From contig OX597816.1 of assembly GCA_951406725.2 (NCBI GenBank), positions 108,810,001 to 108,874,000 on the forward strand: a DNA stretch of 64,000 bases, read 5' to 3'. Positions 54,526 to 64,000 of the stretch are shown here, piece after piece. The stretch comes from Octopus vulgaris (lineage: Eukaryota). Every line of letters begins with the position of its first letter. Positions within the stretch are counted from its first letter, which is position 1. The translations under genes and the position numbers were made by a program. The notes under the pieces are model-generated. The model made no database searches. It saw only the letters and a program-made list of their open reading frames with translations, and was not told where the DNA came from.

Positions 54526-56639
54526 TATACACGCACGCATGCACAAGCACACACACACACATATATATAAAGTTACAGATATTTTAAATCTCTATCCAAA
54601 ATTCTGAAACTCAACTGAAACACATAAGCAGTATACTCAGGAATAACACAAACAATGTCATCTTAGATCAGTGGTTCTTAGATAACAAGTTGCAGAGTTT
54701 TAGAAGTATAATTCAAGGCTTCAGAAAAATCATATTAATGCTGTATATCATGAAAAACATGTTAGGCCTAATTTTGTGAAAGACAAAAGAAAGAGTATTA
54801 AAAAATTGTAAACAATAATATTCTGTATTGTCCTTAATTCTTAATTGTAAAGCAACTTTTTAAAAACTTTCTACCATCGTTTACTTGTTTCATTTATTGG
54901 ACTGCAGTTATACTAGGGCACTATCTTGAAAGGTTTAATTGATCAAAGCAACTCCAGTTGATACTTATTCTATTAGCTTCTTTTGCCAAACCACTATATT
55001 ATGGAGTTGTAAACACAAAAATAGCACATATTAATGTATACATATGATGAGCTGCTTTCAGTTTCCGTTTACCAAATCCACTCATAAGGTATTGGTCAGC
55101 CCAGGGTTGTCATAGAAGACTCTTACCAAAGAGGCTGCACAATGGGACTGAACCTGGAACCATGTGGTTGGGAAGCAAACTCCTTACCACACAATCACAA
55201 ACAACTTTTTAAGCTTTCTGTATGAAGTGCACTAATAATTTTTAGCTCTCTATACAAAATATACCAGCAATTTATTTTTACTTTTGTTTGTGCAATTAAG
55301 TCAAAAAGACAGAAAACCACTATTTTATATATACAAAAAGATAGGATGGTCAAGGAGGAAATTCCTTTGGTTAAATGTCTACTGGATCAGAACTTACCTT
55401 GGGTTATACAAGAACAAGTTTCATAAATATAATCATGAAAGGATTATACAGCATTATCTCAACTGATTTTGTTTTGGGCACTAATATATATATATATATA
55501 TATTGATCATTTTTTTCAATAGTTGATAAAACAATTTTGTTCACTAGCATACAGTTTTATCTGTTAATGTATCACAAAGGGTGCCAAACTGTCTGCTATG
55601 TATCAAGAGAATGCCAAGATGTCTGTAAACACACAAAGGATATCAGTCTATTAACAGATTATAAAGGGTACTATTCTGCCAGCGAGTAAGTTACATCAGG
55701 TACCAATCTATCTACTTCAACAAAATTACAAAGGGTGTTACTGTATCTATTAACATACCACAAAGTATACCATTCTGTTGGTAAGCAAGCTTAGAAAGGG
55801 TGCCATTTTTGTCTGCTTGAAAAAGACACTGCAAATTCCCTCCATACAGAAGAACAACATTAATTATATAAAAGAACTTATTATTATTAAGGTGATGAGC
55901 TGGCAAAATTGTGAGCACGCTGGGTGAAATGCTTAGTGGTATTTCATCTGTCGTTATGTTTTGAGTTCAAATTCTGCTGAGGTTGACTTTGCCTTTATTA
56001 AAATTATTATTGTTGTTTTCTGCTGAGGTCAACTTTGGTTTCCATCCTTTTTCAGCCAATAAAACAAATACTAGTTGAGCCCTGACTATGTTTCAATATT
56101 TGAAACCATTATCGTTATTACTCTTGGCAAGCTGGCAGAATCATTAGCATGCTGGACAAAATGCTTAGTGGCATTTCAACTGTCTTTACATTCTGAGTTC
56201 AAATTACATCGAGGTTGGCTTTGCCTTTCATTCTTTCAGGGTCGATAAAATAAGCACCATATGTGTGTCATGGTTGATGTAATCAACTTATTCCCTCCTC
56301 TGAAATTTCTGGCCTTGTGCCAAAATTTAAAATCAGTATTATTATTATTATTGTTGTTATTGTTGATGATGTTGTTGTTAACTTAAAAGAAGGACTATAT
56401 TATTTTATGTTGCTGTTGCTTATGTTTGTGGTAGTCAAGCAGATCTGTGATCAAAATACTTTCCGGACATGGCCAACCAATCTTTTTTTTTATGCAGGAA
56501 TACATTATCCAATGTCTCGTGTCTTTCTCAGTGAACATTTCGTGATGGCACTCCAATTCTTCCATAGAAAATGCCAATGAAATAACAGAGCAGAATCATT
56601 ATCTAAACTGGCATGGTTGCAGCCGCCGCTGCTGCCGAT

Positions 56640-56673
56640 GATGATGATGATGACAATGATGATGATGACAACA

Positions 56674-56705
<32 letters not shown>

Positions 56706-57900
56706 ATGCGTGTTCATGTGTGTGTGTTTGTACTTCTACACACACATACTCATGAGTTTAAATCTATCTCTTTTTCCCAAGTATCTACAGTTAACATCAA
56801 TGCACTGTTGTTAACAATAAATCTATAAACTAACATGCAAAATAATTGATTTTAATAATTCTCAAGTAGATAAAAACATGTTTAAATCCAGATTCTTCAT
56901 TTCAAAATGTGAATTTGTCTCTTTTTACAGTTTATTTATTTTTATATATTACTCATACCTTTTATTTTAGTAATTCTCAAATACATATTTGCCTCTGCCA
57001 CCACTGTCACTGCCACAGCCACCTCCACCACCACTGCTGCTGCTGTCACTGCCACAGCCACCACCACCACCACCTATGCCACTGCCTCTGCCACCGCTGC
57101 TGCTGCCACCACTGCCAATGCTGCTGTTGCCACCACCACCACCAGCATCATCATCATGATCATCTAATGTCCATTTTCCATGCTGGTATAGGTTGGATGG
57201 TTTGACAGGATCCAGTGCCACACAAGGCTGTGCTGAAACTCTAGTGATAATTTTGGCATGTCTTCTACTGCTGGATACCTTTCCTAATGCCAACCACCTT
57301 ATAGGGTGTACTAGGTGCTCTTTTTTTTTTATATGCTCCCTGTCCACTAGTAAGGTCACCAATTAAATTGCAAGTCGCAAAAGAACACGAAAGAGAAAAA
57401 ACTTCAGTTCATGAATGACACAATAACTGAATTGAAAACATTAAATTTGAACATATTTAAGAAAGATTGAAGTATAAGTTGCACACATTTTGTCGAAACA
57501 GCAAAATGTTGTTTTGCATTGACAATAGACAGTTACAAAATTCAGTGAGTTGAGTATTAATTTCAACATTTCTGAAAACATGCTAGCTGGTTAAAGAACA
57601 AGTTAATATGTATTTGAAAATTACTAAAATAAAAGGAATGAGTAATATATAAAAATAAATAAACTGTAAAAAGAGACAAATTCACATTTTGAAATGAAGA
57701 ATCTGGATTTAAACATGTTTTTATCTACTCGAGAATTATTTAAACCAATTATTTTGCACGTTAGTTTATAGACTTATTGTTAACATCAGTGCATTGATGT
57801 TAACTGTAGATACTTGGGAAAAAGAGATAGATTTAAACTTATGTATATGTGTGTATAGATGTACAAACACACACACATTATCGTTGTCGTCATCATCATA
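56640..57900. repeat. ~300 bp inverted repeat pair (56640-56989 / 57605-57900)
   Basis: Base-by-base reverse-complement match with few mismatches; ~615 bp spacer. Confidence 0.9.
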
Positions 57901-59086
57901 ATAATCACCATCAGCATTCTTCAGAGTTTTGCATGCAATTTTCCAAGCAGGTTGGATGATTTATCTGAGGCATAATATTCTAAACCATGCAAGCACTATA
58001 TAATGGAAGTAAGCTCCTAGTAATGTGAATTGGCATATTGGCATTGCTGGTTCAAATTTACAGTTGAGTCATATCCCTTCTGTTGCTCCTTATATCTGCA
58101 ACTTCCAATAACAATCAATAGATCTGAAGAGGAATTAACTCTATTAGACTATCATGCCTTTGATACATTACATTAAGATGAAGAAAAAGCGGAAAACTTT
58201 GATTGTGACTCACCAACCTCCTAAGAATTATATGAGATATTCATAAAATTTTTCATAAGTTTTCATAGAAAAGGATCTACAACTTACTTATCTATTATCT
58301 TACCCTTATAAAAATTGGCCCTGTAATCATAACTTATCAATTAAGAAAAAGACATTAATGCACTGAGTATAATTGCTAATTTCTCAATTGTCACTTTCTT
58401 TTACCTGCTCATTCTTCCTGTCATTCCTCCATTCATTGCTCCTGTTGCGTTCACAAGTGCCTTAACTCATACCTATATTAACTTCTCTTGGCTTAACGTC
58501 CCCTGCTTTTTTCCAACACTACACTTTATTCTCCCCTTTCACCTTCCTAAGTTCTACAAACAATGTTATACCCTGTTGTCTCTCTCTGTACTAGAAAAAA
58601 AAGACCCAAACATTATTTAAAGTTAGTAAATGAAAATTTCTTTTGACAAAAAATAAGCCTTATTTTATTTTATAAAGAAGAAAACCTGACTGAATAAACT
58701 AACCACAGTTTTTAACATCTGGGAGGTTGAAAGGCAAAAGTCAGAAGGCATGATGAACTGAAACTGAAGCCTTTATGAGCATTTAAACCAGTCATATCTA
58801 GCCCAAATATTCTACCTGTTTTATGTTCAAGCTAGCCAGATCCAGCCTTTCATACCTACCTTGCAATTCCATTTTAAAAATAAGTAATCACAGCATTAAA
58901 TTCTTAATGCTAAGAGTTAATGCATGATTAATTGAAAACAATGTGAATAAATACATGTTACATCTGACAGAAAAATCTGAATATTAAAGAAATAATGTAC
59001 CAAACTAATTTAAATCTTCATCTCAAACTAATTAAATATTCATCTCTGTTTAACCTGCTTCAATAAAGAATGACCTTGGTTCTTAC

Positions 59087-59232
59087 CTGAACCCACTGTC
59101 TGATTCTGTATATGGGATGTAACCCAAGCTGTGACTGGCTTTCATAGGAGCAAGCCTCTGTGCAAACCTTGAAGATCTGATGAAATTTCCTGTAGACTTG
59201 CATTGTTTCCATGGTTCTGTCTGACTGGACAT
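59087..59232 (-). CDS. Coiled-coil protein gene, first identified coding exon (MSSQTEPWKQ...YTESDSGF)
   Basis: Open frame from ATG at 59232, preceded by a polypyrimidine/CAG acceptor (59236-59237), so an upstream exon probably exists. Ends AG|GTAAGA (phase 2), which joins the next exon in frame. Confidence 0.75.
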
Positions 59233-59528
59233 TTTCTGTGAAAAATTAAACCTATAAAAGAGTTAATTGAAAGGAATTAGTATCCGATACTGTATCAGTC
59301 AGTAGAACATGAAGTTAAATTCTATACAGTATTTAAATGTGTCTCTATATCATGAGTTCAAATACTATTTAGGTTGAACTTGCTATTATTTCCTTCAGGA
59401 AGTAAGATTATATATCATCATCATCATCTTCGTTTAGCGTCCGCTTTCCATGCTAGCATGGGGTTATATATATATATATATATACATAAACATAACGATA
59501 ACTCTTATCAACGTAAACATAACGATGT

Positions 59529-59568
59529 AAGAAATTTGAAAAGCTGAACGCGAAACCGGTCATTTCTT
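59529..59568 (+). ncRNA. Type I minimal hammerhead ribozyme motif, U3-A8 variant
   Basis: AAGAAAU UUGAAAA GC-UGAAC-GC GAAA CCGG UC AUUUCUU: 7-bp stem I, 2-bp stem II, palindromic ACCGGU stem III and GUC triplet. Confidence 0.55.
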
Positions 59569-59686
59569 CTAAACTTTGTCATTGTGAGAAAAAAATTTAT
59601 AACATTCTTCAGACATATTGACTCAAATATATATTTTTTAACCTTTTAAAACAAGCCTTCTGTAGTTTTTTCACTTTTTACTATTT

Positions 59687-59728
<42 letters not shown>

Positions 59729-59819
59729 ATAAGGGTGGCTTGTTAGCAATTTTTCAACTGAAAGGCAAAAATAAATATGCCATTAAAGTGACTGAGCACA
59801 CTATTCAGCACCACTATTA

Positions 59820-60700
59820 CTGAAGGTTGGCAATGAGTATAGTGAAGAATTCTGGGTAGGAGTAGGGTTCCACCAAGGATCAGTCCTCAGTGCCCGCAGT
59901 AAGACTTCCACCTGTCCACCTCCAAAAACCACCTTTTTTACAATTTTTTTTTTGACACAAACCCCCCTTTTCGGCTATGGAGAATATGAATCTGCAAAAA
60001 AGTGGCAAAAATCGACATTTCTAAATTAACCCCCCCCCCTCCCATTTCCTTCATTTTTAACTTTCTTCACAATTTTTCAAAATATGTGGAAAAATACGGA
60101 GATTATGATTCTGAAAAAAAATTTCCAAAATTCTTTGTAAAATTTTTTTTAAAGAATTTTTTTCTTCTAAATATGCGGAAAAATACGGACATCATGATTT
60201 GGATAAAAATTTCAATACATTTCTGTACTTACGATTACGGTTTTAGGGTTAGGGTTAAGATTAGGGTGTTAGGGTTAGGGTTTTAGGGTTAGGGTTATGG
60301 TTAGGGTTTTAGGATTAGGGTTAGTGTTGGAGAAAAAAGTCAAAATTGAAGAAGTTGTGGGGAAAGTGGGGTGGGAAATTTCACAATGCTAATTTTTGTC
60401 CATTTTCCGGAACCTCTGTATCTGAAAACGGGGATTTTTGGCAAAAAAAAAATTACAAAAATAAACAAATTTAGGAGAAAATGGGAGTGGGGGATGGGCA
60501 GAAGTCTTTCCGCGACCTCTTATTCATCATAGTCCTTCAGGCAATAACAGAGGAATTCAAGACAGGATGCATCTGGGAGCTTCTCTATACTGATGACCTT
60601 GCTCTAATAGCTGAGTTACTATCAGAACTAGAGGAGAAGTTTCAGGTGCAGAAGTAAGGTCTAGAATCAATGGGACTTAGAGTTAATCTAGCAAAAACCA
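59820..60700 (+). mobile_element. RTE RT fragment interrupted by a foldback element
   Basis: VGVGFHQGSVLS | LLFIIVLQAITEEFKTGCIWELLYTDDLALIAE (QG and YxDD RT motifs) is continuous across the insert. Confidence 0.85.
59895..60514. mobile_element. ~620 bp foldback/MITE with long imperfect TIRs and internal (TTAGGG)n
   Basis: Ends CGCAGTAAGACTTC and (rc) CGCGGAAAGACTTC; inverted similarity extends ~180 bp; telomere-type repeats at 60242-60325. Confidence 0.75.
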
Positions 60701-61660
60701 AATCAAATACCACAAGACTTCTGGGTCAATGATCGATCAATTCCACCAACCCATCACTGTAGCCTGATTCTGTATTTATTGACTTTAAAAGAATGAAAGG
60801 CAATGTTAATTCCTGTGGAAAGCTGAAGTACCACCATTTCAGCTTTCAATGTGAAAGGATCAGTAGAATGAAAAAAATATCCGCCTTAGGAAACAGGTAA
60901 AGAGTGATAACAAAAAGAGCATTCAGACCTAGAAAATCTGCCTCAACAAGTTTCATTTAAACCATGCCAAAATGATAAAATGGACATTTAAGTGAGTAAA
61001 TGAAGAAACAAATGAAAACTGCATTCATTTTGTAAATTCAAGTTCTTATGTACTTGCATTCACTTTTGGCACTAAATAACACTAAAATAACAATAACAAC
61101 CTATTTTGTTATACTGGTGGCAGTTGCTTTTCTTCATAATGAAGGATGTTCCAGAGGTTTCTGAAACCCTGAAGCCATTCATGAATGAGTTTAATTTGGG
61201 TAGTGAAAGAGTTGTGAGTTGAATCTTCAAAGTATTTGAGAATGAGAAAACTTCTGTGCCCATGGTACAGCTGTATTAAAATGCTGAGACGCCTGTTCAG
61301 TTACAGAAATTGTAGGTACCACAATCTAATCATAATTTGCTGTAATGTTGTCTCTCAGTCTGTGATGGGCAATGGCATGACCATCAATGGAACTTGAATC
61401 CCTTGGGAGTATATAAGTTCAGAACACTTGGAGCCAAATCAAATACTACAAGACTTCTGGTTTAATGATGGATCAATTCCACCACCCCATCACTGTAGCC
61501 TGATTCTGTATTTATTGACTTTAAAAGAATGAAAGGCAATGTTGATTCCTGTGGAATTTGAGTTCAAACACCAGAGGACCACAACAAATACTACAAATCA
61601 TTCTATCCAATGCTTTGATAATGATTCTGCCAATTATATATAGTGTATGTATATATATAT

Positions 61661-62365
61661 CATAAAGCACCATCTGAACGTGGCCGATGCCAGTGCTGCC
61701 CCGACTGGCTTCTGTGCCGGTGGCACATAAAAAGCACCATCTGAACGTGGCCGATGCCAGCCAGCACTGCCCCGACTGGCTTCTGTGCTGGTGGCACATA
61801 AAAAACACCATCCGAACGTGGCTGATGCCAGTGCCGCCCCGACTGGCTCCTGTGCCAGTGGCACATAAAAAGAACCATCCGAACGTGGCCGATGCCAGCG
61901 CTGCGCCGACTGGCTTCTGTGCTGGTGGCACATAAAAAGCACCATCCGAACGTGGCCGAGGCCAGCCAGCGCCGCCCCAACTGGCTTCTGTGCCGGTGGC
62001 ACATAAAAAGCACCATCCGAATGTGGCTGATGCCAGCGCTGCCCCAACTGGCTTCTGTGCTGATGGCACATAAATGATGACGTTGATAGCGCCGCCTCAG
62101 CTGGCTTCCGTGCCAGTGGCACGTTAAAAGCTCCAACCGATCGTGGCCAATGCCAGACCCCCCCTGGCACCTGTGCAGGTGGCACGTAAAAAGCACCCAC
62201 TACACTTGCGGAGTGGTTGGCGTTAAGAAGGGTATCCAGCTGTAGAAACTCTGCCAGATCAGACTGGAGCCTGGTGCAGCCCCTGGCTTCCCAGACCCCG
62301 GTCGAACCGTCCAACCCGTGCTAGCGCGGAAAACTGATGTTAAACGATGATGATGATGATGATGA
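61661..62365 (+). mobile_element. Family A copy with expanded 67-bp minisatellite (~8 units)
   Basis: Units start near 61661, 61726, 61797, 61864, 61931, 62002, 62069 and 62122, followed by the standard body and (GAT)n tail. Confidence 0.9.
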
Positions 62366-62671
62366 TATATCATATGTACTATATGCATATATTTATATAT
62401 ATATATTATATATAAATTTAAAAGAAGATGTATTATTACCATTATTAATGATATTAATAAGGTAATAATAAATTGGCTAGTAAATTCACACCGTTAAAGG
62501 CACAGATTCTGTAGGGTATATAATACCACTTTATATATATACAAGGCTTTGGTCAGCCTAAGGCTATAGTAGAAGACACTTGCTCAAGGTACCAGACAGT
62601 GGGAGTGGACTGGAACCATGTGGTTAGGAAGCAAGCTTCTTACCACACAGCCACTATATATATATATATAT

Positions 62672-62782
62672 ATCACGGCTATATCGCATTGAATGCACTG
62701 GTTCTAATCCAATCACTGAAGTTAAGCAATGTCAAGCCTAGTCAGATGTGTGACTTCTTGGGAATCCTAGATGCTGTAAGCA
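62672..62782 (+). pseudogene. 5S rRNA-derived sequence
   Basis: ACGGCTATATCGCATTGAATGCACTGGTTCTAATCCAATCACTGAAGTTAAGCAA...TGGGAATCCTAGATGCTGTAAGC aligns by eye with metazoan 5S rRNA; CpG decay and a ~9 nt internal deletion. Confidence 0.85.
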
Positions 62783-62856
62783 TCTCACACTTTTCAAGGT
62801 GGTGCTCCAGCATGGATCCAGTCAAATGACTGAAACAAGTAAAAGAGAAAAAGAAT

Positions 62857-62903
<47 letters not shown>

Positions 62904-62950
62904 TATATATATATGTATGTATGTATGTATGTATATACACACACACACAC

Positions 62951-62981
<31 letters not shown>

Positions 62982-63236
62982 TATATATAGGTAAAACTTG
63001 GAAAAGGATGTGAAATGTGGAGTAGATAAAACAGGGGACAACTGATGAAGGGATTGTTCTTTATGTTGCCTGTCTCATTCCTCTGTTTCTTTCATTGACC
63101 CCAAAAAGTTCGTTTTCCAAGTTTTTATTTTTTATGTTCTCGTTTTCCATTTTATTCAAGTTTTTTTGACGTCCTGTACCCATATATGCATGTATATATA
63201 CATATATATGTAGGTATGTACATATATGTATGTATG

Positions 63237-63324
<88 letters not shown>

Positions 63325-64000
63325 TACACATATACATACATACTATGTATGTATATGTAATACCCTTCCACAACAACACTTAGAAAAAGTGGATATAACA
63401 GAATTGTTAAATAAATAGCTAGCATAACTTTTCAACAATGTATCTATTTGTAATATATTTTCTCTTCCTGTTTTAGTTGTTTCTTACCAGGACTACCCTA
63501 TAAGGCTACAAGCAAAACTGTTTGCCTAATCATTACTTTGCACTACAGTTAGAAACATCTTTTTTATTACAAAAAGACCACCACCGACACTTCTTACCTC
63601 ATCACCACCACCACCATAAAAACCACCACCGCTCACACCACCACCACCACCACCACCACCACCATAATCAAAATCACAGTTGTCATCATTTCCCATCTTT
63701 TCACCATCATCTGTTTTTTCCTTCCTCAGTTTTATAGCTTCCATAGCTAATCTCAGCTGCTTCCATCACCTGCTCCTAATTCATTGAGCCATCTATTTAA
63801 TATATCATCTCTCTCTCTCTCTTTCTCTCCATCCATCTCCCTTTCTTTCTCTCACTCTTTCTCTTTCTCTCCATTCATTTCTCTCTCTTCCTTTCTCTTT
63901 CCACACGCACATACATACACACACATACATACACACACATACATACATATCCTTTGCTTCATTTTGCTACTCTACCTGTCTATCTATCTATCTATCTGGT

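Noticed and set aside
56909-57362. His/Cys-rich (metallothionein-like) and Gly/Ser-rich ORFs
   Set aside because: Degenerate (CCA/CTG)n microsatellite running into a TE tail; no supporting splice structure.
60242-60325. True telomere or chromosome-fusion scar
   Set aside because: Short, degenerate, single orientation, and enclosed by transposon TIRs.
61661-62190. CRISPR-like array or repetitive protein ORFs (182-226 aa)
   Set aside because: The whole 67-bp unit repeats with no unique spacers, the context is eukaryotic with no cas genes, and the ORFs are by-products of the tandem repeat.
63040-63180. CTGATGAAG in a TA-flanked short repeat
   Set aside because: No stem II-GAAA partner; at most a decayed TE tail.

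Overview
AT-rich, microsatellite-dense animal genomic DNA. The repeat families are most consistent with a coleoid cephalopod (Octopus-like); this is a recognition-based inference. Nearly all long ORFs in the supplied track are artefacts of (CA/TA/GA/CAT)n repeats. One real protein-coding gene was assembled by hand on the minus strand: 9 phase-compatible GT-AG coding exons from 59232 to 21233 (429 aa), plus a candidate terminal exon at 19762-19697. It encodes a Ser-rich N-terminus followed by a long coiled coil, and five of its exons are phase-0 multiples of 7 codons. The introns hold tRNA-derived SINEs, RTE, CR1/L2-like, Penelope, R4/Dong-like and Tx1-like LINE relics, mariner/hAT/piggyBac-type MITEs and a 5S rRNA pseudogene. 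The most unusual structures are: (i) a TSD-flanked ~1.4 kb nested palindrome joining head-to-head tRNA-like heads to Penelope-type hammerhead-ribozyme tails (34674-36078); (ii) a minimal hammerhead motif with a compensatory U3-A8 core (59529-59568); (iii) a 5S-headed chimera with a SINE tail; (iv) long intronic inverted repeats. No database searches or folding could be run, and repeat boundaries are approximate.
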